Of a stretch of DNA of 62,594 nt, positions 10,729-19,462 are shown piece after piece (positions within the stretch are counted from its first letter, which is position 1; every line of letters starts with the position of its first letter). The notes beneath the pieces are model-generated. The model saw nothing but the letters and a program-made list of their open reading frames with translations, did no database searches and was not told where the DNA came from. Source of the DNA: Thermomicrobiales bacterium (lineage in GTDB: Bacteria > Chloroflexota > Chloroflexia > Thermomicrobiales > UBA6265); NCBI GenBank assembly GCA_038246475.1, contig JBBRVX010000003.1, forward strand, positions 1 to 62,594, written 5' to 3'. Position numbers and translations under genes: made by a program.

Positions 10729-10782
10729 CATGGTTTCACCGGCATGAGAAGAGACCGGAGAGCTCGGCACTTCGCGCGATTA

Positions 10783-10811
10783 TTGACGGCGGCATCATCC
10801 GGTGCTAAAGT
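10783..10811 (+). promoter_or_regulatory. Sigma70-type promoter upstream of rho with extended -10
   Basis: TTGACG-17 nt-TAAAGT with TG immediately upstream of the -10 element. Confidence 0.6.
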
Positions 10812-11064
10812 GGCTTTTGCCACGCCGGGGGCACGAACGATCCTCGCCCTCCGCATTTTCACACCTCATTCCTGGAGCGTCCGGCATTGTCTTGCCCCAC
10901 CTTCGATGCGCCATTGGATTCGTGAGACGTTGGCGCCGTTTCCGAGGGTGACGATTCGCAGGAGCGCTCTGGTTCGAGGATAGAGCTCCGGAACAGCATG
11001 AGCATTCGTGGTCAATCTCAATCGTGAATCTGTCCACATCCGGGTACAACTGGAGGGAAATCTG

Positions 11065-13206
11065 TTGACGGTCGAAGAACTAGCCGAGGCCGCACCTGCG
11101 CCTCGCCGCAGGGCGACCCGCGCGCGATCCGCCGCGAAGCCCACTGAAGACGCCTCAATCATCACAGAATTCAATTCTGAGATCAGTGCTGCTCGGGAGA
11201 GTTCAGCAGCGCCTGATCCAACGCCCGTTACGGATGCCGCGCCATCGCCCGCTCCCGCAAGACCTTCCCGCGCCCGATCCGGCGCGAAAGCCGCCGCGGC
11301 GCCCGCTCCTGACCCGACGAGCGCGAGCCCATCCGAGGATGTCGGAGAGGGCCGCTCGATGGAGCCAGTGAGCGAGGTCGCGGCTGTGGCTGGCCGTCGT
11401 CGCGCGCCATCGGTGCAGGAAGACAACGCCGAGCGGGAGATTCCCGCGGCGTTCGCGAGTGCATCTGCCCGACCGCAAGAACTCGACACCATGGATCCTG
11501 TTCGCGACGAAGCGCGAGAGGGTGCTGCGGACCGGGTACAGGAACCAATCAAGGCGTCCGCAGAACATGAACGAAACGAAACGCGGCAGAGTCCGTCAAC
11601 TGGCGATGGCGTATCGCCTCCAACCACTGCCGCAATAGTGCATCCCGCCACCGAGGAAGCGGCGCCGGCGAGCGACAACGCCTCCGAGCCTTTTCGCAGG
11701 AGCCCTTCCGACGTTGGACCTGAGCTTCCGTTTGACGGACGCGGCGATCTCGGGCAGCGCTCGCGCGGCCGAGATACCCGCGGCCGGCGAGACCGTGGTC
11801 CCCGCCCCGTCCCGAATGAACGAACGAACGGGTCGGAGCGATTCAGCGGCGATGGCCGGGACAACAGGTCCGGGGCTTACGTTCAGAATCAACCTCGTCC
11901 CCGCAATGGCGCGCCGTATACCCCGCCCGCGGCGCCGGTGCGAACTGGACCGCCGCATGTGACGGTGCTGGAGCTCGAAGCCAAATCGCCCGAAGAGCTG
12001 GCGGAAATGGCGCGTGAGCTGGAAATTCCGACGTTTAGTCGATTGCCGCGCCAGGAGCAGATGGTCCGTCTTCTGCGTGCCCAGACAGAAAAAGACGGGC
12101 AGATCTTTGGTGATGGCATCCTGGAGATCATCGAAGACGGATTCGGCTTCCTGCGCGGGCAACGGTTCCTGCCGGGACCTGACGACATCTATGTGTCACA
12201 GTCGCAGATCCGGCGCTTTGGGTTGCGTACCGGAGATCGGATCAGTGGGCAGGTGCGCCCGCCGAAAGACAACGAGAAGTTCTTCAGCCTCTTGCGCGTC
12301 GAGGCGGTGAACGGAATCGACCCTGAAACGGCGCGACGCCGCCCTTCCTTCGATTCTCTGACTCCCATATTTCCGCTGGAAATGATTGATCTGGAGACAG
12401 CGCCAAACATCCTTTCGACTCGTCTCCTGAACTTCGTTGCTCCGATCGGACGAGGACAGCGGGGACTCATCGTCTCGCCGCCCAAGGCGGGGAAGACGAT
12501 GCTGCTGAAGGCGATCGCCAACGGCATCAGTACGAACTGCCCTGATATTCATCTGATGGTGTGCCTGATCGGCGAGCGGCCCGAGGAAGTGACCGACATG
12601 CGCCGGTCGATCGCGGGCGAGGTGATCTCTTCGACGTTCGATGAGCCGGTGGAGGATCATACGAAGGTTGCCGAAATGGCGCTGGAGCGCGCCAAGCGGC
12701 TGGTTGAAGGCGGGCGTGACGTCGTCATTCTGCTCGATTCCATTACTCGCCTCGCTCGTGCCTACAACCTCGCCGTGCCCCCGAGCGGTCGCACGTTGTC
12801 GGGCGGCATCGATCCGGTGGCGCTCTACCCACCCAAGCGGTTTTTCGGCGCGGCCCGCAACATCGAAGGTGGGGGGAGTTTGACGATCGTTTCGACATGC
12901 CTGATCGATACCGGCAGCCGCATGGACGATGTGATCTACGAAGAGTTCAAGGGCACCGGAAACATGGAGCTGCATCTGGACCGGAAGCTCGCGGAGCGCC
13001 GGATCTACCCGTCGATCGACATTCAACGCTCGGGAACCCGGCGCGAGGAGCTTCTCCTCGACGAGGCGACGTTGCGACAGGTCTGGACGATGCGGCGGAT
13101 GGTATCAATGTTGGGCGGGAGCGAAGGGACCGAGCTGCTGCTAAGCCGGCTTTCCAAGACGCAGACCAACGATGAGTTCCTGGAGAGCCTGAACAAGGAC
13201 GTTTAG
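11065..13206 (+). CDS. rho: Transcription termination factor Rho with a long low-complexity N-terminal extension
   Basis: [36 protein letters not shown] and EFKGTGNME; TTG start after GGAGGG is inferred (ORF open from 11008). Confidence 0.95.
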   Translation: MTVEELAEAAPAPRRRATRARSAAKPTEDASIITEFNSEISAARESSAAPDPTPVTDAAPSPAPARPSRARSGAKAAAAPAPDPTSASPSEDVGEGRSMEPVSEVAAVAGRRRAPSVQEDNAEREIPAAFASASARPQELDTMDPVRDEAREGAADRVQEPIKASAEHERNETRQSPSTGDGVSPPTTAAIVHPATEEAAPASDNASEPFRRSPSDVGPELPFDGRGDLGQRSRGRDTRGRRDRGPRPVPNERTNGSERFSGDGRDNRSGAYVQNQPRPRNGAPYTPPAAPVRTGPPHVTVLELEAKSPEELAEMARELEIPTFSRLPRQEQMVRLLRAQTEKDGQIFGDGILEIIEDGFGFLRGQRFLPGPDDIYVSQSQIRRFGLRTGDRISGQVRPPKDNEKFFSLLRVEAVNGIDPETARRRPSFDSLTPIFPLEMIDLETAPNILSTRLLNFVAPIGRGQRGLIVSPPKAGKTMLLKAIANGISTNCPDIHLMVCLIGERPEEVTDMRRSIAGEVISSTFDEPVEDHTKVAEMALERAKRLVEGGRDVVILLDSITRLARAYNLAVPPSGRTLSGGIDPVALYPPKRFFGAARNIEGGGSLTIVSTCLIDTGSRMDDVIYEEFKGTGNMELHLDRKLAERRIYPSIDIQRSGTRREELLLDEATLRQVWTMRRMVSMLGGSEGTELLLSRLSKTQTNDEFLESLNKDV

Positions 13207-13302
13207 AAACGATCCGGGCGCCGGGCTGTCTACCAGGGCCGCGCTGCCAATGGTGGGAGCATTCGCAGGTGACGGCAGCCTCCGAGGTGTTCCAGTCTGG
13301 AG

Positions 13303-14223
13303 CTATCCAGGGGCAACCGCATGATGTCGCTCCATTTCCGAGGGTTCCGCGTCGTCCCCGGTCATGACGATGTATGTGCGACCGGGGACAAGCGAGACAG
13401 CCCCGTGGGCGCCATGGCGATCGATGGCCAGGATGTTGACTTCGCCCCAATACGGGTCTTCGAGATTGAGCAAGTCTTCGGCCGCCCGTTGCAGCGCGTC
13501 ATGCAGCGAGAGGCCAAAGCGCATGAACATCACGACGCTATGGGCTGTGCAGCAGCGTTGCGCCATTTCGCCGCGACCAGTGCAGGTCGCGGCGCCGTAC
13601 CGCTGATCCGCGTAATTCCCGGCGCCAATGATCGGCGAATCTCCGACGCGCCCCGGGTACTTCCAGGCCCAGCCCGAAGTGCTCACCCCACTGGCGATGT
13701 TGCCGGCACGATCTCTGGCGATCACATTGACCGTGCCATGAGCATCGTCGGGTCGTTCCGGATCACGGCTCAGTACGCCCGCAAGGCGTCGCATCTTGAC
13801 GGTGTACTTACCGTTGGCATCGATCCGGGACGCCCAGACGGCGCGGGCTTCAGGAGTGCGTAAGTCCTTCGGTGTGAAGCCTGATTCGCGAGCCAGCCGC
13901 TCGGCGCCTGCGCCGACGACCAGGACATGCGGAAGCTCTTCCATCACTGTCCGGGCGACATCGATGGCGTCCTGAAAGCCCTGCATCGCGGCTACGGCGC
14001 CTGAGGCAAGGGTGCGCCCGTCCATGATGCTGGCATCCAGCTCGACATCGCCGAGCAGGTTTGGCAGTCCGCTGTAGCCGACCGAGTGATCGTCCGGACT
14101 CGCTTCCACCTGGCGAATCGCGGCGACCACGGCATCGATCGCTGATCCTCCAGCTCGCAGTATGGCCATGCCATCGTGAAATCCAACGCGCGCGTTTGTG
14201 CTGCCCACAAGGAGAAGACTCAC
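13303..14223 (-). CDS. Asparaginase-2 family Ntn hydrolase (isoaspartyl peptidase / glycosylasparaginase-like)
   Basis: ELDASIMDG, HGTV autocleavage site, STSG, GRVGDSP and TGRGE motifs. Confidence 0.9.
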   Translation of the reverse strand: MSLLLVGSTNARVGFHDGMAILRAGGSAIDAVVAAIRQVEASPDDHSVGYSGLPNLLGDVELDASIMDGRTLASGAVAAMQGFQDAIDVARTVMEELPHVLVVGAGAERLARESGFTPKDLRTPEARAVWASRIDANGKYTVKMRRLAGVLSRDPERPDDAHGTVNVIARDRAGNIASGVSTSGWAWKYPGRVGDSPIIGAGNYADQRYGAATCTGRGEMAQRCCTAHSVVMFMRFGLSLHDALQRAAEDLLNLEDPYWGEVNILAIDRHGAHGAVSLVPGRTYIVMTGDDAEPSEMERHHAVAPG

Positions 14224-15266
14224 GTGATGCTTTCCTCATAGTCGTCGGAAAGGAGCCTCGCGACTTCATCGACCGCGAACTCAGGGAGTGGATCCACGGC
14301 TGCGCCGGATCTGATAGTGAACAAATCTGATTCATCGATCAATTCGCCGATGGCGGCAACCGGAATGCCATCACTCGCGATCGCTCGCGAGATCGCGGGA
14401 ACAGCTCGTGGGTTGGCGGCAATCAACAACGAGCCCGAAGCCAGGAGGCCGAGGGGATCGAGCCCCAATGCTTCCGCGATGGCGTGAGTCTCAGGCAAGA
14501 TTGGTATGGCGGCACGGTCGATGATGGCGCCCAGACCCGATGCCGCCGCGAGCTCGCGCACCGCTGATGCCAATCCGCCTTCTGTCGGATCATGGAGGGC
14601 GGTCACACCCCCGGCGCCACGGGCGAGTTCGGCTTCGCGGACGACCGAGATGCCCGGATGGCGGAGAAGATTCGCGGCATCCCGGACAGCGTCTTCTCCG
14701 ATCAGCCTCTTCAGCCTATCCGCGCACTCGACTGCCAGCAGGGCGGTTCCCTCGATCGCCAACCCCTTGGTGAGGAGAAGGATGTCTCCTGGGCGAGCCT
14801 GACCAGGAGTGATGAGCTCGTGCGGGGCAACGTCCCCGAGCATCATGCCAACCAGAATTGGTCGTGTCAGGCCCGGCACGATCTCGGTGTGGCCCCCAAT
14901 GAGCTCGACGGATCGATGCCGGCAAGCTTCGCGCAGGGAGGCAAAGTCGCGCAGGATTTCGGCTGGCGTGACCCCGTGCGGGAGCAGCGCCGTGACGAGC
15001 ATCCATCGCGGTGTGCCGCCTAAACACGCGATGTCGTTGGCGTTGACTTCGACAAGGTGTTCTTCGCCATGCTCGCTGGCAAAGGTGATGGGATCGCTCT
15101 TGACCACGAGCGTCTGACCGCCGAAGGCGATGGCCGCGGCGTCGCTGCCAATTCCCGGCCCGACCAGGATGTCAGGGTCATGCGATGGAACGGGGAGGAC
15201 TTTCCTGAGCAGCCAGGTGGGGAGCTTCCCAGGGGGAAGCGGAGTAAGGAGAAGATCTCGTCTCAC
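14220..15266 (-). CDS. AIR synthase-related (PurM/HypE/ThiL fold) protein
   Basis: GPGIGSDAA, KSDPIT, NANDI, GGHTE and HDPTEGG motifs. Confidence 0.85.
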   Translation of the reverse strand: MRRDLLLTPLPPGKLPTWLLRKVLPVPSHDPDILVGPGIGSDAAAIAFGGQTLVVKSDPITFASEHGEEHLVEVNANDIACLGGTPRWMLVTALLPHGVTPAEILRDFASLREACRHRSVELIGGHTEIVPGLTRPILVGMMLGDVAPHELITPGQARPGDILLLTKGLAIEGTALLAVECADRLKRLIGEDAVRDAANLLRHPGISVVREAELARGAGGVTALHDPTEGGLASAVRELAAASGLGAIIDRAAIPILPETHAIAEALGLDPLGLLASGSLLIAANPRAVPAISRAIASDGIPVAAIGELIDESDLFTIRSGAAVDPLPEFAVDEVARLLSDDYEESIT

Positions 15267-15314
15267 TGCGAACGGTCCGTCGACCGCAACGAGGCTATGA
15301 AACGCGCGCGTTCT

Positions 15315-15596
15315 CTATGAGTCATGGGTGTCCCACGATTCGAAGTTTGGAGCGACCCCATGCGATTCGTCCAACATGGTTATTCGCAGACTCGCTTCTT
15401 TGAGCAACGCGGCACAACGATGAGAAAGGCGAAGGCCGACTTCGTACCATGTTACCGCGTCCATGATCGAGAGTCGGCCACGCTCCAGGTGTCCAACCAC
15501 GCCTTCGAGCGCGTTGAGGGCCTCATCGAAGGAGCCAGACAGAGCGAGTGAACTGACCGTTTCCAGGTCCGGAGCCGCGTGGTGCTGGTCGTTCAT
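15315..15596 (-). CDS. xseB: Exodeoxyribonuclease VII small subunit
   Basis: SFDEALNALEGVVGHLERGRLS...YEVG..L...C...L pattern; ATG overlaps the xseA stop. Confidence 0.85.
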   Translation of the reverse strand: MNDQHHAAPDLETVSSLALSGSFDEALNALEGVVGHLERGRLSIMDAVTWYEVGLRLSHRCAALLKEASLRITMLDESHGVAPNFESWDTHDS

Positions 15597-16822
15597 GAGG
15601 CGCCGCGCAACGGGCTGCCTTCGTGGACGCGATCGATGGTGCCTCTGACGGTTCCATCGCCAAGGACGATGGAAACAGGTGAGCCCTCGTTCAATTGGAC
15701 AACGCTGAAGATGGCCTGATTGTCGGCGGGATCGATCAACGCGGCATATCCTCTGCGCAGGACGGCTGCAGGATCGAGCGAGTGGAGCACGGCGTCCGTT
15801 CTGGAATGGCGATGAGCGGCAAACGTCAGGCAATGGTCGATCGCCAAATCAAGTCGCGACCTGGAGTCCTGGAGCGCGATCCGTTTCTCGCTTAGCGTGG
15901 AACGCGGGTTTCGCGCCCTCAGACGGTCAGTCGAGTCGCGCAATTGGGCAGCGGCGGTCGATTGGCACGACGACATTGACCACGTGAGACGCGCGTTCAG
16001 ACTCTGCAATTGCTGGAGCAACTCTGAAACCGAGGGCACGCAGATTTCGGCGGCGGCGGAAGGAGTCGCGGCGGCGGCATCAGCGGCATCTTCGGCCAAC
16101 GTGGAATCAGTTGCGTGACCGATACCGGCCACGACAGGCGCCCGAGAGGCAAAGACCGCCCGCACGACCTGCTCGTCGTTGAATGCTGAGAGGTCATCCA
16201 TGGCGCCGCCGCCCCGAGCCAGGATCAGGACATCGATGTGCGCTTCGGCCTGAAGCGCCTCGATCGCCGCAACGATGCTGGCGGGAGAGCCCACGCCCTG
16301 CACCTGCGCCGGGGACAAGATGAGTTCTGCGAACGGGAATCGGCGGCCAATCACCGTCTGGATGTCATGCCATGCGGCGCCATGGGGCGAGGTAACGACG
16401 CCTATGCGGTCGGGCCATGCAGGAAGCGCGCGCTTCCGGTATGGATCGAACAAACCCTCGGCTTCGAGGCGTTGGCGAAGATACTCAAGCTCGAGACTCG
16501 CGGCTCCCATGCCCGCGGGTCGGATGAGATCGACGATGAGCTGCATGCTGCCCGAGGCTGGATAGATCGAAATCCCGCCATGAACCACGACCTGGTCTCC
16601 AAACTTTGGAGGCTGTAATTGTCGCAGCCCCTGTTTCCGAAAGAGGACGCATTTCAGGACGCCGTCGGCGTCTCGCAGCGAAAAATAGGTGTGACCGGAT
16701 TTCGAACGGGAAAGATCACTGATCTCGCCTTCCAGCCATAAATCAGCATAGAACGGATCCGATTCGAGCGTCTCGCGAAGCAGGCAAACGAACACCCCGA
16801 CCGGCAGCAAGTGCGCCGTCAA
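15593..16822 (-). CDS. xseA: Exodeoxyribonuclease VII large subunit
   Basis: GEIS, SGHTYFSLRD, GVVTS, RGGG, GH..D and TPSAAAE motifs. Confidence 0.93.
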   Translation of the reverse strand: MTAHLLPVGVFVCLLRETLESDPFYADLWLEGEISDLSRSKSGHTYFSLRDADGVLKCVLFRKQGLRQLQPPKFGDQVVVHGGISIYPASGSMQLIVDLIRPAGMGAASLELEYLRQRLEAEGLFDPYRKRALPAWPDRIGVVTSPHGAAWHDIQTVIGRRFPFAELILSPAQVQGVGSPASIVAAIEALQAEAHIDVLILARGGGAMDDLSAFNDEQVVRAVFASRAPVVAGIGHATDSTLAEDAADAAAATPSAAAEICVPSVSELLQQLQSLNARLTWSMSSCQSTAAAQLRDSTDRLRARNPRSTLSEKRIALQDSRSRLDLAIDHCLTFAAHRHSRTDAVLHSLDPAAVLRRGYAALIDPADNQAIFSVVQLNEGSPVSIVLGDGTVRGTIDRVHEGSPLRGAS

Positions 16823-17298
16823 GAGCGCGATCCCTGCGATTCAAGGCGAAAGAGCGGTGAACCATATTCAACGGGTTGGCCATCGATCACCAGCATTTCC
16901 TGCACGATGCCGGAGCGATCCGTGGTGATCTCGTTCATGATCTTCATGGCTTCGATGATGCCGATGGTTTGGCCAGCGTGGACCTCGTCGCCGACCATTA
17001 CAAAGGGTGAGGCGCTTGGCGTGGGAGACATGTAGAAGGTGCCAACCATTGGCGCTGTGACCAGGTGGCCCGGCTCGGCGGCAGTACCCATATCCGCCGG
17101 AACCCCACTGCCGGAGTCGTCGGGAACGACGTTTCCGCCACGCGAGGGTCGACGCAGCCGAATGGAAACACTTCCCAATTCGACGTCAAGCTCGGTGACC
17201 TCGGCCTGTCTCATCACCGCGGCAAACGAGCGCACCAGTTCGGCGACTTGGTCGGGCGACTGTTCGCTCGTGGCCGGAGGCGTTTCCGAAGACGACAC
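16819..17298 (-). CDS. accB: Acetyl-CoA carboxylase biotin carboxyl carrier protein
   Basis: APMVGTFY and IEAMKIMNEI biotinylation motif. Confidence 0.93.
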   Translation of the reverse strand: MSSSETPPATSEQSPDQVAELVRSFAAVMRQAEVTELDVELGSVSIRLRRPSRGGNVVPDDSGSGVPADMGTAAEPGHLVTAPMVGTFYMSPTPSASPFVMVGDEVHAGQTIGIIEAMKIMNEITTDRSGIVQEMLVIDGQPVEYGSPLFRLESQGSRS

Positions 17299-17859
17299 CT
17301 AGCTGACTCGCTCGATGTATTCGCCGGATCGGGTATCGACTTTTAGCGTATCTCCCGGGTTGATGAAGAGGGGGACGTTGACCACCAGCCCAGTCTCCAG
17401 GGTCGCCGGTTTTGTGGCGCCGCTCGCCGTATCGCCTTTGAGTCCGGGGTCCGTATCGGCGACGGTGAGCAAAACCGCCGGCGGCAGCTCGATGTCGATC
17501 GGCTCATCGTTATACGTCAGGAGATCGACCACATCGTTTTCCCGAATGAAGCGAGCGTTCTCGCCCACGGTTGATAAGTCCAGCACAATCTGGTCGAAGG
17601 ATTCGGTATCCATGAAGTAGCGATGGTCGCCGTCCGGATAAAGATATTGAACATGTTGGCGTTCGAGCCGGACCAGTGGGAACTTCGCCCCAGCTTGCAC
17701 GGTGTGCTGGGTGAGCGAGCCCGTACGAAGGTCGCGAAGTGTCATGCGGACCTGAGCCGAGCCGCGGCCCTGCTTGTTGTGGGCGAATTCAACGACTTTG
17801 ACAAGCCGTCCGTCCATCTCGAACGTCAACCCTTTTCGCAGATCGCCTGTATCAATCAT
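17299..17859 (-). CDS. efp: Elongation factor P (Arg at the loop tip)
   Basis: DLRKG, KQGRGSA, KGDTA, KPATLETG, VPLFI and DTRSGEY. Confidence 0.96.
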   Translation of the reverse strand: MIDTGDLRKGLTFEMDGRLVKVVEFAHNKQGRGSAQVRMTLRDLRTGSLTQHTVQAGAKFPLVRLERQHVQYLYPDGDHRYFMDTESFDQIVLDLSTVGENARFIRENDVVDLLTYNDEPIDIELPPAVLLTVADTDPGLKGDTASGATKPATLETGLVVNVPLFINPGDTLKVDTRSGEYIERVS

Positions 17860-17874
17860 GAATCGACGCGTCTC

Positions 17875-18951
17875 CTACTTTGGCGCTTTCGAAAGAACAT
17901 CGAGCCCCGTCTGGGTCACAACACAGAGATCCTCGATGCGAATGCCGCCCCAACCTTCCAGATAGATCCCTGGTTCAATGGTAACCACCTGATCCGGTTC
18001 AAGGTGATCATCTGAACTCACCCCTAGCGAAGGGTACTCGTGAATCAGGAGCCCGACGCCATGACCGAGGCCATGAACAAAATTATCGCCGTAGCCAGCG
18101 GCAATGATCATGTCGCGGGCGATCTTATCCGATGCCCGTCCAGTCATACCTGCGCCGATGCCGGACATTGCGGAACGCTCGGCATCAAGCACGATAGCGT
18201 ATCGTTCGATGAATGCTGGCGATGGATCGCCGATAACGATTGTGCGCGTCAGATCGGCACAGTAGCCGTTGTAGACGCCGCCCATATCAATAACGACGGG
18301 TTCGCCCGATTCGAGCGCTCGATTCGTAGCGTCATGATGTGGGCGCGCCGCGTGCGGGCCAGACGCAACAGACGTGGGAAACGAGGATCCGTTTGCCCCG
18401 AGATCCCGCATCGTCAATTCGATGCGCCAGGCAAGTTCGCGCTCTGTAATTCCGGCTTCGAGTCCGGTTGTCGCGGTGAGAAACGCGGCATCTGTAATCC
18501 TGGCGGCTTCGGAAATCGATTCCAGCTCCGCGCGCTCCTTGATCGCTCGCACCGTCTGCAAGGTGCTGCCAGCCGGAATGAGCTCAACATCGCCTGCATC
18601 AGCAAGGATCGCGGCATGGTCAAAAACGTTCATGGCATGATCCTCGAAGAGGACCCGTCGCACGCCGATTTCGCGGAATCGTTTCGCCACGAACGTTTGC
18701 CAGGGCCGGACCCAGGGGCGGACAGTGACGGTCGCGTGAACCGCGGCTTCGGCCTTGGGCAGATTTGTCGCACTCACGAAGAGCTCGACGGCGCCCCGCG
18801 ACACCAGCAATACCCCGGACGATTCATCTGGAGCGTGATCTTCGGCGGGGAAACCCGAAAAGTAATGGCGGTTCGCTGGATGGGTGACGATGGCAGCGTC
18901 CGCGCCCATCGAATCTGCCACGTCCAGCAGGCGTCTGAGCCGGTCGGTCAT
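17875..18951 (-). CDS. Xaa-Pro aminopeptidase (M24)
   Basis: IDMG, YCADLTRT, HGLGHGVGL.IHE, TIEPGIY and GIRIED. Confidence 0.92.
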   Translation of the reverse strand: MTDRLRRLLDVADSMGADAAIVTHPANRHYFSGFPAEDHAPDESSGVLLVSRGAVELFVSATNLPKAEAAVHATVTVRPWVRPWQTFVAKRFREIGVRRVLFEDHAMNVFDHAAILADAGDVELIPAGSTLQTVRAIKERAELESISEAARITDAAFLTATTGLEAGITERELAWRIELTMRDLGANGSSFPTSVASGPHAARPHHDATNRALESGEPVVIDMGGVYNGYCADLTRTIVIGDPSPAFIERYAIVLDAERSAMSGIGAGMTGRASDKIARDMIIAAGYGDNFVHGLGHGVGLLIHEYPSLGVSSDDHLEPDQVVTIEPGIYLEGWGGIRIEDLCVVTQTGLDVLSKAPK

Positions 18952-19451
18952 GGCGTAACGCCAGATTTCATTGACAGTCGACCGACGAGGAAGTGCAGCG
19001 CGAGGCCGTAGCCAGGCGGGCCCAATCCAGCGATCTGTCCAATGACGACGGGCGCAATGACAGAACGGTGCCGAAACTCCTCCCGGGCGTGAATGTTGGA
19101 AATATGGACTTCGATCGCTGGCGTTGCGATGGCTGACAGCGCGTCACGGATGGCAATACTGTAATGGGTCCAAGCTCCGGGGTTGATGATAATGCCAATC
19201 GCGTCAGGGCCGCGTTGCTGAATAGCGTCGACCAGGTCGCCCTCGTGATTGGATTGCAGGTGATCGATCTGGACCGGTGGATCAAATCGCGTCGCACGGT
19301 CGCGCAGCTCCTCGACAATGTCGGAGAGCGTCGTTGAGCCGTAGTGCGCGGGTTCCCGCGATCCCAGGAGATTGAGGTTGGGGCCATTCAGCACAAGGAC
19401 GTAGCCCAGGCGAACACCGTCAATCTCGCTGAGACCATCCGCACTTTGCAT
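18948..19451 (-). CDS. aroQ: Type II 3-dehydroquinate dehydratase
   Basis: LNGPNLNLLG.REP..YG, QSNHEG and EVHISNIHAREEFRH. Confidence 0.96.
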   Translation of the reverse strand: MQSADGLSEIDGVRLGYVLVLNGPNLNLLGSREPAHYGSTTLSDIVEELRDRATRFDPPVQIDHLQSNHEGDLVDAIQQRGPDAIGIIINPGAWTHYSIAIRDALSAIATPAIEVHISNIHAREEFRHRSVIAPVVIGQIAGLGPPGYGLALHFLVGRLSMKSGVTP

Positions 19452-19462
19452 GCGCTCCCCGC

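Noticed and set aside
10725-10736. TTGACATGGTTT, identical to 34759-34770 upstream of topA
   Set aside because: The copy at 10725 overlaps the glpX stop and has no -10 element at proper spacing; probably coincidence
14220-15266. Calling the AIR-synthase-like gene hypE, thiL or selD
   Set aside because: No supporting pathway context and it lacks the C-terminal PRIC of HypE
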